Source: an uncultured virus (IMG/VR IMGVR_UViG_3300033148_004664) (taxonomy: Duplodnaviria; Heunggongvirae; Uroviricota; Caudoviricetes). Taken from it: a stretch of DNA of 64,000 nucleotides. The translations under genes and the position numbers were made by a program. The notes beneath the pieces are model-generated. The model was not told the origin of the DNA and did no database searches. It saw only the letters and a list, made by a program, of their open reading frames with translations. Numbering within the stretch: position 1 is the first letter of the stretch; the number at the start of each line of letters is the position of its first letter. This document shows positions 37,218-45,846 of the stretch, piece by piece. Where the stretch lies: the IMG/VR virus record IMGVR_UViG_3300033148_004664; one strand, 5' to 3'.

Positions 37218-37463
37218 ATGGAACATCAAACCTGTAAAGTTTGTGGACGTAGAGATAAATTTAATTTTTCTGTACCGGATGAAATATGGAAAGAAATAGT
37301 ACCACCTGAATATCAAAATAAGGTAGTTTGCCTTTCTTGCTTTGACGATTTTGCCAAGGAAAAGAATGTTGATTACTCGAATTCAATTGATATACTGCTT
37401 TTCGTTGGTGATAAAGTCGTGTTCACATTTCGTGTAAAAAAACAGTGGACCATAGTCACATGA
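37218..37463 (+). CDS. Zn-finger protein
   Basis: CKVCG...VPDEIW...CLSCF. Confidence 0.65.
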   Translation: MEHQTCKVCGRRDKFNFSVPDEIWKEIVPPEYQNKVVCLSCFDDFAKEKNVDYSNSIDILLFVGDKVVFTFRVKKQWTIVT

Positions 37464-37690
37464 AAAATCTACGAGAATTAATACATGAAAAACTTTTTTC
37501 TATCGGAGCAGAGGGTTTATGTAACCCTGATTTGGAATGTGGGTGTTCAATTGATGACTTGATGCCTTGTGGTGAGCCCGATCTCGAAAATTGTGTTGCG
37601 GCGAGGCGTTCTTTTGAAAACAATAAAAGTTATTCCGGAGAAGGGTATTTTATGCCTTTTGTAGTATGGGGGATTGATGATGAGGATTGA
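37445..37690 (+). CDS. Cys-rich hypothetical protein
   Basis: GLCNPDLECGCSIDDLMPC. Confidence 0.6.
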   Translation: MDHSHMKNLRELIHEKLFSIGAEGLCNPDLECGCSIDDLMPCGEPDLENCVAARRSFENNKSYSGEGYFMPFVVWGIDDED

Positions 37691-37737
37691 GAAGAACATA
37701 ACGGAATATTTAATCGCTCTGACAGACAAGGAAAGGA

Positions 37738-38433
37738 ATGATGAAACAGAATGAGTTGATGTTGAGATTGATTCGTAACAACACAATAGTTGGATACGAA
37801 TGGCATGTAAAAGGAGAAGTTTTTTATTCTAATACTAATGATATGAAATGGAGTAATTGTAAAATTGAGCATGATACCTTTGAGTTTGGGATAAAGCACG
37901 GTATTAATTGGTTTTTTGAAGGAGACAAAGTTAAGGTCTCCAACAACTATATGATACAACCAATTAATGGGGTAATAAAACATGAGATGGATTGTGGATT
38001 TTATGTTGAATGTACTATTAAACGAGATGACCCACCAATAGGAATTGAAATACGAAAAATATCCTGGGACAAATTCTTGTTTGATAGTAAAACATGGTCA
38101 CTTGAATTAATTGGAAATATTCATGGGCAAACAGTTGATCCATTCATTTCTACAGGACCGTTACCAGAGCGTTTTTGGGTAGCCTATGAGGATGATGGAG
38201 GGATAGGATGCGGTACGCCAGAAAATCACATCCGTTCTTGTTTATATTACACTGACGACTATAATACATTGCGGGCGTTTATTGATGCCGTAGAAAAGCG
38301 TAAAGTAGGCCGGCTTCGTCCTCGGATCCTTCGAGTTTATACACAATACTTTGATTTTCATGAAAATGGAGATGTGTTCGAATTACATCCACCAACAGAA
38401 AAGGAGAAAAATAATAATGTTGATAGCGAATAA
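37738..38433 (+). CDS. YopX-like protein with a C-terminal extension
   Basis: WFFEGDKV...ELIGNIH plus an extra domain. Confidence 0.7.
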   Translation: MMKQNELMLRLIRNNTIVGYEWHVKGEVFYSNTNDMKWSNCKIEHDTFEFGIKHGINWFFEGDKVKVSNNYMIQPINGVIKHEMDCGFYVECTIKRDDPPIGIEIRKISWDKFLFDSKTWSLELIGNIHGQTVDPFISTGPLPERFWVAYEDDGGIGCGTPENHIRSCLYYTDDYNTLRAFIDAVEKRKVGRLRPRILRVYTQYFDFHENGDVFELHPPTEKEKNNNVDSE

Positions 38434-38662
38434 ATACGAATTTCCTGATAAGTGCCCTAATGATTGCCCGCATAAAGGAGAAGCTCTTATGCAAGGCGGT
38501 TATTGCCACCGCTGTCCGATATTTAATTGCCGGCCGTTTATTGGACCCGACGGAGATGAGATTAGCCTCTTAAGGCCGGAGGATTACCGAGAAGATTGGG
38601 CGAAAGTGTGGTATGAATGGTTCAAAAGCGGATACAAAACGAAATTAGAATTGTATCTTTAA
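38417..38662 (+). CDS. Cys-rich protein (paralog of 18240)
   Basis: REDWAKVWYEWFKSGYKT. Confidence 0.75.
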   Translation: MLIANKYEFPDKCPNDCPHKGEALMQGGYCHRCPIFNCRPFIGPDGDEISLLRPEDYREDWAKVWYEWFKSGYKTKLELYL

Positions 38663-38686
38663 TTTTTTATTGGAGGAGCTTTTATA

Positions 38687-38944
38687 ATGGCTCGTTGGTA
38701 TTATGATATTAGATGTAGTACCTGTGGTCGTTTTTGCAAACCAGCAGATGTAGGGGTAATGCATGGAAGTTACTATGATTGGGATCCGCCTGATCCTGAT
38801 TATTTCTGTAAAAACTGTTTTAATGATTTGATTGCAAAAGCTAAAGACCAACCAGAAAAAATTCCTATTAGGTGTTGGTGGATTAAACCTCAATATGTGT
38901 CAGTAGCAAAGGCGATAATGAGGCATAGGAGGAAACATCATTAA
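38687..38944 (+). CDS. Zn-finger protein
   Basis: CSTCGRF...CKNC; RBS GGAGG. Confidence 0.65.
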   Translation: MARWYYDIRCSTCGRFCKPADVGVMHGSYYDWDPPDPDYFCKNCFNDLIAKAKDQPEKIPIRCWWIKPQYVSVAKAIMRHRRKHH

Positions 38945-39043
38945 TTTTTTATAAAAAATATAAAATTTTTATTGATTTTTTATTTTTTATATTGTATATT
39001 ACTTGTAGAAAACAACACAAAACAAAGGAGGATGGGAAAATGT
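38941..39043 (+). repeat. Promoter-RBS unit, copy 1
   Basis: Near-identical to 39509-39620; TTGATT-N17-TATATT and GGAGGATGGGAAAATGT. Confidence 0.85.
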
Positions 39044-39381
39044 ACGGATTTAGGGAAGTAGATAATCCTATTCGAAAGAGAAAGACGAATCAGTTATTCC
39101 ATCACGGTAACTATTGCATTATGACAATTGGAGCCGAACGAGCATTTGCTATGACTGGTGAGAGTCCTAATAAATATCTGTCAAGACACTTTTCTGGTGA
39201 TTGGGGGAAGTTGAGTAACAAGGATAAAGTAAAGAATCAAAAAGCTATTGAAACTGGTGACATAATAATGAGTAGCTATACCCTGAATGATGGCACCAAT
39301 ATATGGATTATAACAGATGGCGTCGTCAACTCCAACGGTGAAAGAAACGTCACTACGATATTATTGCCAAGTGAATATTAA
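39040..39381 (+). CDS. Mobile-element-type hypothetical protein
   Basis: RHFSGDWG...SSY...IWIIT...TTILLPSEY signature. Confidence 0.7.
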   Translation: MYGFREVDNPIRKRKTNQLFHHGNYCIMTIGAERAFAMTGESPNKYLSRHFSGDWGKLSNKDKVKNQKAIETGDIIMSSYTLNDGTNIWIITDGVVNSNGERNVTTILLPSEY

Positions 39382-39508
39382 AAGAAGAAAGATTTCCAAC
39401 TTCTCGATCCCAAGTTTATAAGAACTATCTATGAAAGCAAGAAGGTATAAAATATATTGAGAGAAACTTGTTACAAAGAGGGAAACTGGGGCATAGAAGG
39501 AAACATTA

Positions 39509-39620
39509 TTAATTTTTTATAAAAAATATAAAATTTTTATTGATTTTTTATTTTTTGTATTGTATATTACTTGTAGAAAGAAACAGGAAACCTTAAAATA
39601 AGAGGAGGATGGGAAAATGT
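39509..39620 (+). repeat. Promoter-RBS unit, copy 2
   Basis: TTGATT(39540)-N17-TATATT; direct repeat of 38941. Confidence 0.85.
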
Positions 39621-39991
39621 TTGTCAAAGAGTATCAAATATTTGATGATGGTGCAAAAGGCAGCATCACAATCAAATTTGAAAAAGAACCCCACAATCCT
39701 GAAGAGGAAATAAAGCGAATCAGAGAAATTTTTCTGGAGGCTTCCCTGTACACTCCCATCCCTGAAAAGGTAGACGGAGTTTACAAAACAGAACGGGGAA
39801 TATACATTACAGGGATATGGGGACGGTGTCACAATTGTGGGAAGAAAAGATTGCATGCCATAACTGCCGACTGGGTGAATGGGGTGACTATCGGCGAATG
39901 TACATCATGCGAGAAGATTGGCGGTTCCTATAGGTATTATCAGGGAAAAACAAATATTGAAGAGGAACCCCAAAATAGACGCTGTATATAA
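39617..39991 (+). CDS. Zn-ribbon hypothetical protein
   Basis: CHNCG...CTSC. Confidence 0.65.
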   Translation: MFVKEYQIFDDGAKGSITIKFEKEPHNPEEEIKRIREIFLEASLYTPIPEKVDGVYKTERGIYITGIWGRCHNCGKKRLHAITADWVNGVTIGECTSCEKIGGSYRYYQGKTNIEEEPQNRRCI

Positions 39992-40082
39992 TACCAGTCT
40001 GTTTGGCAGTCATGTTGATTAAATTATGAGAAAATTTAAAAAGAGATAATTGAAACAAAAACACAAAATAGGGAGGTATAAA

Positions 40083-40442
40083 ATGCAATTGGGACTCAGA
40101 TTCATTAAAGACGGCAAAATCGTAGGCTACACTATGTATAAAGATAATCGTCGTCAAGTAACGGGGGAAACGGAAAACTTCGACTCCTTTGAAATAGGGT
40201 TCAATGTGTTCGGGAAGTGGTACTTTAAAGGAGACCTTGTCGAAATCGTCAAAGACAATAAACGCTACGAATGTATTGTAGAGGGCGACATCTATGGGAA
40301 TCTGTATATTTGCCCCAAAATGAAGTCGCTTTCAGATATTAACAAAGAAGTATTCACGATTCCAGTAGCTGGATATAAGGAATTTCAAACCTACGCACCG
40401 AGATTTCTTGGGAACATTCATGAAGGGAGAACTGAAAAATGA
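40083..40442 (+). CDS. YopX-like protein
   Basis: LRFIKDGKIVGY...DSFEIG...GNIHE. Confidence 0.7.
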   Translation: MQLGLRFIKDGKIVGYTMYKDNRRQVTGETENFDSFEIGFNVFGKWYFKGDLVEIVKDNKRYECIVEGDIYGNLYICPKMKSLSDINKEVFTIPVAGYKEFQTYAPRFLGNIHEGRTEK

Positions 40443-40732
40443 ATCGTAATATCATAAACATTCATGCCGCAAGTAAATGGAAATTAGTTGAGGACGAACA
40501 GCCTAATAAGGATTGTGAATATATTTTAATTCTGTTTAAGGAACATGTTCGTTCTTCTGACAAGCAAAATGACTACACACTCAATGTCGCTCTTGTCAGT
40601 TGGAGTTGCCTTATTTCTTATTCGGGGGAGCGTGGCTTTGAAGGTACTTGGGGGTGGTGCGATAAGCATAGACATAAATATAACGAAAAAGACATTGTAG
40701 CATGGGCTGAAGTAAATTTCATCAGAGATTAA
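40439..40732 (+). CDS. DUF551-like protein
   Basis: KWKLVEDEQP...ILI...AWAEVN. Confidence 0.6.
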   Translation: MNRNIINIHAASKWKLVEDEQPNKDCEYILILFKEHVRSSDKQNDYTLNVALVSWSCLISYSGERGFEGTWGWCDKHRHKYNEKDIVAWAEVNFIRD

Positions 40733-40747
40733 ATAGGAGGTGCGGAA

Positions 40748-40990
40748 ATGTTGGATCTCACAAAAAACGGTGGAGTAGAGAAAGTGATAGTTATTGTTAC
40801 AATTGCTATAGGACTATACTTGTCTTTTTATCTTATATTTTATGCTTTATTTGACGCCAGCTATTCTTCGTGGTCGGCATCATCAATCTTATACGGTTAC
40901 ACTCTTCTTGTGGCATTTTTTATTAAGGTCATTCACATTGAAGATATTAAAAAAGACAAAAAGAGGTTTCACCATGCAGAACGGAATTAG
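40748..40990 (+). CDS. Small membrane protein
   Basis: Two TM segments; RBS AGGAGG. Confidence 0.6.
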   Translation: MLDLTKNGGVEKVIVIVTIAIGLYLSFYLIFYALFDASYSSWSASSILYGYTLLVAFFIKVIHIEDIKKDKKRFHHAERN

Positions 40991-41618
40991 GAATTTATTC
41001 AATGAACTTAAAGATGATGATGGTTACAAATATCATATTCCTCGTAATAAGGGATGGGAAGGCGAATTGTTCCGTTTGTTCGATGCATGTGATCCAAATA
41101 GAGACTGGGACTATATAGAATTTGAAAATGGTGTGTTTTACGTAACTCCTTATTACTGGGGGGAATGCACGTGTGGGTGGGATTTTATTGATAACGACCA
41201 TGAACGTTTAAGGAATCTTGAACATCGACCGGAATGTTACCAGACAGAATACGACCGTATTGAAGAAATGACTCGTGGTGACCTTGCCGAGGAACTACGA
41301 CTATTGAAACCCATCTTTGAAAAGTACGGTTGGGATACTACAGAAGATGATTGGTGGTACAGTTGTGCTGGTCATTGTACTTGTGACTATATTGATCGGT
41401 ACAAAGAAATTATTGATGACTATGCAAGAGAATTTGGGCGTAAAGGACATGATCCAGATTGTTTATTAGTGAGGCCTAATTTCTACTATAAACCTATTGG
41501 CTTCGGTATTCGGTGGTATAAACATCCATTACGAGATGCCTACATGAATAAAAATATTTCTTTTAAGGAATTTCGTAAAATTATTAATTCTTGTATAGAA
41601 TCAATTGAACTACACTAA
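40974..41618 (+). CDS. Hypothetical Cys/His-rich protein
   Basis: Repeated CTC...H.P.C units; WYKHPLRD. Confidence 0.65.
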   Translation: MQNGIRNLFNELKDDDGYKYHIPRNKGWEGELFRLFDACDPNRDWDYIEFENGVFYVTPYYWGECTCGWDFIDNDHERLRNLEHRPECYQTEYDRIEEMTRGDLAEELRLLKPIFEKYGWDTTEDDWWYSCAGHCTCDYIDRYKEIIDDYAREFGRKGHDPDCLLVRPNFYYKPIGFGIRWYKHPLRDAYMNKNISFKEFRKIINSCIESIELH

Positions 41619-41751
41619 GAATTACTTAAAAAGGATTCACGTTTCTATAAAAAGCCTTATCATGTAGAAATGACAATCCAACCGTTAGAGGTTAAAAAAC
41701 AAAATGATAAAAAATGAGAGTGATTATAAACATATCGTTTAAGGTATAAAA

Positions 41752-42606
41752 ATGGAAATAAAGCATGATTTATATTTAGGAGATTGTGAAGAAATATTAA
41801 AAACGCTGCCGGATAATTCGGTAGATTTGATTTTTACTTCTCCGCCGTATGCTGACCAAAGAAAGAAAACTTATGGGGGAATCCATCCAGATGATTATGT
41901 TGATTGGTTTTTGCCTAAAGCCGAGCAAATGTTGAGAGTGTTAAAGCCTACTGGCACTTTTGTATTAAACATAAAGGAGAAAGTCGTAAATGGCGAGCGT
42001 AGCACTTATGTTATAGAACTTATTATAGAAATGAGAAAGCAAGGTTGGCTTTGGACTGAGGAATTTATATGGCATAAGAAAAATTGTTACCCTGGTAAAT
42101 GGCCTAACAGATTTAGAGATGCTTGGGAAAGATTGTTACAATTTAATAAGCAGAAAAAATTTAATATGTATCAAGAGGAAGTAATGGTTCCAATGGGGGA
42201 TTGGGCAAAAAGCAGATTAAAGAAGTTAAGTGAAACGGATAAGAAAAGGGATGAATCAAAAGTAGGTAGTGGATTTGGAAAAAACATATCAAACTGGCTT
42301 AATCGTGAAATGGCATATCCCACTAATGTTCTTCATTTGGCAACGGAATGCAGTAACAAAAAACATAGTGCTGTATTTCCTGAGAAATTGCCAGAATGGT
42401 TTATAAAGTTATTCACGCAGGTTGGTGATACAGTATTAGATCCATTTATGGGTTCAGGAACAACAAACATTGTGGCCAATAGAATGCACAGGAATTCTAT
42501 TGGTATTGAGTTGGTTCCAGAATATTACGAGATGGCTAAAGCACAGATACCACCCATGGAATTGTACCTTTTAAATTCAAACAATAAAAATAAGGAGGAG
42601 CAATGA
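41752..42606 (+). CDS. N4C/N6A DNA methyltransferase, beta class
   Basis: TSPPY, HSAVFP, DPFMGSGTT. Confidence 0.92.
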   Translation: MEIKHDLYLGDCEEILKTLPDNSVDLIFTSPPYADQRKKTYGGIHPDDYVDWFLPKAEQMLRVLKPTGTFVLNIKEKVVNGERSTYVIELIIEMRKQGWLWTEEFIWHKKNCYPGKWPNRFRDAWERLLQFNKQKKFNMYQEEVMVPMGDWAKSRLKKLSETDKKRDESKVGSGFGKNISNWLNREMAYPTNVLHLATECSNKKHSAVFPEKLPEWFIKLFTQVGDTVLDPFMGSGTTNIVANRMHRNSIGIELVPEYYEMAKAQIPPMELYLLNSNNKNKEEQ

Positions 42607-43070
42607 TACTTTTTCTTACTCTGTTAATTGCGTTATTTTCTTTCTTTTGTGGGTTTTTCTTCGGATTTATAGTCGCAGCTAAATATACTATACCAGCGAC
42701 TAAAAATTACTATAATGAGTCTCAAGTTTGTCCGATGAAACAACCAGGTGCATTAATTACATTGAATGATTATCAACAATACGCTTTGCGTACTGCAAGT
42801 CCGAAAACGGATTGGTTGACATGTGTTCTTGGATTGAACGGCGAATCGGGCGAAATTGCTGATATTGTGAAGAAGAGTAGAGCACAAGGACACAATGTAT
42901 CAAATACTGATTACGTTAAAGAACTCGGTGATGTTCTTTGGTATGTCGCCGTAGGAGCTAAAAGTTTAGGATATTCTCTTGGAGAGATCGCAGAGAAAAA
43001 TGTGGAAAAATTAAAAAAGAGGTATCCGAATGGATTTGAAGAAAAGCTGAGTAAATTTCGTAATGAATAA
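42603..43070 (+). CDS. MazG-like NTP pyrophosphohydrolase with an N-terminal TM helix
   Basis: GLNGESGEIAD..KK...KELGDVLWY...N.EKLKKRYP. Confidence 0.85.
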   Translation: MILFLTLLIALFSFFCGFFFGFIVAAKYTIPATKNYYNESQVCPMKQPGALITLNDYQQYALRTASPKTDWLTCVLGLNGESGEIADIVKKSRAQGHNVSNTDYVKELGDVLWYVAVGAKSLGYSLGEIAEKNVEKLKKRYPNGFEEKLSKFRNE

Positions 43071-43116
43071 CTTATAATTTTGGTTGGAAATAATTTTACA
43101 TTAACAGGAGAATAAA

Positions 43117-43311
43117 ATGCTGAAGAAAAACGTTTTGGAAGCCGAGAGAGAAGCAAAAAGATTTCTTAGTAAAGTGAAAGAATTGAAAGAAGCTATATCA
43201 CCACTAAAAAACGACGATTATATTTGGGGATGTAAAGAAAGTGCGGCGGTAAGACGTGCTTCTATGGACTTGAGTCGAGCATTATCTAAAATGCGACAGG
43301 AACGGTATTGA
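43117..43311 (+). CDS. Hypothetical phage protein
   Basis: EAKRFL...AAVRRASMDLSRAL. Confidence 0.65.
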   Translation: MLKKNVLEAEREAKRFLSKVKELKEAISPLKNDDYIWGCKESAAVRRASMDLSRALSKMRQERY

Positions 43312-43465
43312 TACAAGAAATATAGATATAAGAAACAAAGCAATTAAGTTATCTTAATGTGATTGAATATGCTTAATTCTTTTATTGATAAATGCACATT
43401 CAATGTTCAATCTGTCAAATTGAAATAATATGTCATAAAAAATATGTGATAGGGGGTAAATTACT

Positions 43466-43678
43466 ATGAAGAATATAGTGTATGATGACAAATCTACTGA
43501 ATGGATTCGTTGCGAGATCGCACGTTTGAGATGTGAATTGGATAAGTCGTATGAATCTATTTCAGAAGAAATAGGAATATCAAACGTTACTCTTTCAAGA
43601 TTTCTGAATAAGAAAATAATCCCGAGTGATAGATTGCTCGGGCGGATGGAACGATGGATAAAACAAAATAGTAAGTAA
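43466..43678 (+). CDS. XRE-family helix-turn-helix protein
   Basis: SYESISEEIGISNVTLSRFLN. Confidence 0.75.
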   Translation: MKNIVYDDKSTEWIRCEIARLRCELDKSYESISEEIGISNVTLSRFLNKKIIPSDRLLGRMERWIKQNSK

Positions 43679-43690
43679 CAAAAAATTTTG

Positions 43691-43848
43691 TTGTGATTGA
43701 GAGAAAACTGTTGTATATTATAGTAGGAAGAAAGGGACACCGAGTTTTTATTAATAATCCGGTTAACTCGGAGACTTGTTTCTCCGTGAGGTAACGCTTT
43801 TCTTTCAATTCAATTTGCACTTCTAAATTTTCTCGGTGTCCCTTTTTA
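43691..43848 (+). ncRNA. Promoter plus candidate stem-enclosed small RNA
   Basis: TTGTGA-N17-TATATT, then a perfect 14-bp inverted repeat (43731-43744 / 43832-43845) ending in a T-run. Confidence 0.55.
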
Positions 43849-43864
43849 ATTACAGGAGTATATT

Positions 43865-44221
43865 ATGAAATTTACGTGTCGTAAATGTGGTAATACACAC
43901 GATTTTATTTTTGATGAAATACATGAATTAAACACGGATGAATATTATTTGAGAGTAAGATGTGCTGATTGCAATAATATAGTAACAATAATGCATGATA
44001 TGGAAAACATAATAGAAGTTGATCAAAGTTGCTTCACGCTTGACAAATATAAAGGTGATTATCTGTTAGTTCTGTATAAAGCTGATGATTTCATAGTTCC
44101 TATTACTATACACTGGGATGAAGGGATTAATAAATGGGTATGTTATGATTTAGGAAACGACTCTTACACCCCAGTAGATTTAGAAAGAATACTGTCAATA
44201 AAATGTAAAATAGATTTTTAA
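43865..44221 (+). CDS. Zn-ribbon hypothetical protein
   Basis: CRKCG...CADC; RBS AGGAG. Confidence 0.65.
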   Translation: MKFTCRKCGNTHDFIFDEIHELNTDEYYLRVRCADCNNIVTIMHDMENIIEVDQSCFTLDKYKGDYLLVLYKADDFIVPITIHWDEGINKWVCYDLGNDSYTPVDLERILSIKCKIDF

Positions 44222-44229
44222 TTTTATAT

Positions 44230-44306
44230 CGGGGTGTAGCGCAACACGGCAGCGCACTCGTTTTGGGGGCGAGTGGTTGTTGGTTCAAATCCAACCGCCC
44301 CGACCA
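44230..44306 (+). tRNA. tRNA-Pro(TGG)
   Basis: Cloverleaf; anticodon loop TTTGGGG, TTCAAAT T-loop, encoded CCA. Confidence 0.92.
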
Positions 44307-44321
44307 TAATTTACCATTAGT

Positions 44322-44398
44322 GGGTCCGTAGCTCAGTTTGGTAGAGCACCAGCCTTTTAAGCTGAGGGTCAAAGGTTCAAATCCTTTCGGACTCACCA
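44322..44398 (+). tRNA. tRNA-Lys(TTT)
   Basis: Cloverleaf; anticodon loop CTTTTAA, encoded CCA. Confidence 0.93.
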
Positions 44399-44421
44399 AT
44401 AATAATAAAAAGGAGAATAAA

Positions 44422-44595
44422 ATGTTAAAGAAATCCATTCCATCTACTGCACGAAAGGTGTCAGATCGTACCGACGATTTTCCTTTAAGAAAATGTTCTG
44501 TATGCAAGAAACTCTTCCCCGTGAATAAACTCCACATCATCAATCACGAGCATATCTGCGATAATTGCCTCAAGAAAATTAATCCTTCCGATTAA
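44422..44595 (+). CDS. Small Zn-finger protein
   Basis: RBS AGGAG; CSVC...CDNC. Confidence 0.6.
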   Translation: MLKKSIPSTARKVSDRTDDFPLRKCSVCKKLFPVNKLHIINHEHICDNCLKKINPSD

Positions 44596-44664
44596 TCCCT
44601 TCATATTTTTTTATCCTCACAAAATTATTTCCGTTAAAAAATACGATAAGTTATTAAAAAACCT

Positions 44665-44830
44665 TTGAATAATATACTTTATTATATTATTATAAAGCGT
44701 GGTTGTGGAAATCATTAATTTCTTGTTTGGTTTTCACTTTCCTCGGCACCCCCCTGTACGAGCCACTGACGGCTAAACCCGTCCTCCTTTTTGTAACGAG
44801 GGTTGTTCTTGCACACAGAACAACCCTCAT
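44665..44830 (+). promoter_or_regulatory. Promoter and structured leader of the virion operon
   Basis: TTGAAT-N17-TATTAT; perfect 12-bp hairpin GAGGGTTGTTCT/AGAACAACCCTC just before the RBS. Confidence 0.55.
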
Positions 44831-44847
44831 AAGAAAGGATTGATACT

Positions 44848-45846
44848 ATGATTTATAAAGAAGCAATAGCGACTGAAGTAGTTCCTGTTGATATAGATTC
44901 TTTATTAGATGTAAATAGTGAGAGTAATTTTGTTAAAAATGCGGCTGTTCAGAAACTCGTGAAACGACAGCCGGACTGTGTGTTTTTGCGAACTCGTGCT
45001 ATCGGAAATCTTGAAGTGGATGGACCGAACACGAACTGGGATGCATTTCCCTATGGTGAATTTTTAAATGAGAAGCCCGGGTTTGGTTACAAAAGTTTCA
45101 TAGGAAGGAAGGCGTTTATTGAGCATCAATCAGACAGTATTAATAATTCTATTGGTGATTTAATAGATGCTTATTTAAACAAGTTTGAACTCGGTACGTT
45201 ATCTACAAAAACATGGTATGACTTGAATGACAAAGAACGATTAGGGGTATTGGCGGATTGGTTGAGAAAAGATAAACTGGGTTCTAATTTATTGGAGTCT
45301 TTTGGATATGATAACTGTATAGAAAAGCAAACAAGAGACGGGTCTATCGAGGTTTTAATGCGGATTGATCGAGCGCGAGCCCCTAAGATTGCAAGACAGA
45401 TTGATTTGAACGAAAAGATAGGCGTTTCTATGGGAACGGCTATTTCATACAGCGAATGTTCTGTCTGCGGGAATAGAGCCTATTATGAAAAGGATTACTG
45501 TGATCATATCGCTTACGGTAAGGGGCGACCTCATATTGTTAATGCGTCTGGAATAAGGAAATTAGTAGATGAAGGTAAATTAAAGCCGGAATGGTTACGA
45601 TTTGTTGTTCAGACTCCGAATGATTTAAAAGCAGTAATCAACGGCGATAGACGTACTGTACAAGCCACGGCGTTTGAAATTAATTATGGATTACAGTTTT
45701 ATGAATTGAGTGTTGTTTCTACTCCCGCGTATTTACGTGGATATGCGCTTGAGAAAGTAGCGAGACAACTAAAAAACGATGAGAACTGGTTATCGGTTGT
45801 ACCGGATGACGTATTAATTCTATTAAAGCAGGTGTTAATGCGATGA
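44848..45846 (+). CDS. Prohead maturation protease (HK97/assemblin-like)
   Basis: NWDAF, FIEH, GVSMG (Ser), CSVCGN..CDH Zn insert, FYELSVV..PA; first gene of the head module. Confidence 0.75.
   Translation: MIYKEAIATEVVPVDIDSLLDVNSESNFVKNAAVQKLVKRQPDCVFLRTRAIGNLEVDGPNTNWDAFPYGEFLNEKPGFGYKSFIGRKAFIEHQSDSINNSIGDLIDAYLNKFELGTLSTKTWYDLNDKERLGVLADWLRKDKLGSNLLESFGYDNCIEKQTRDGSIEVLMRIDRARAPKIARQIDLNEKIGVSMGTAISYSECSVCGNRAYYEKDYCDHIAYGKGRPHIVNASGIRKLVDEGKLKPEWLRFVVQTPNDLKAVINGDRRTVQATAFEINYGLQFYELSVVSTPAYLRGYALEKVARQLKNDENWLSVVPDDVLILLKQVLMR

Noticed and set aside
44127..44543. Minus-strand 138-aa ORF
   Set aside because: It is the antisense of the two tRNA genes.
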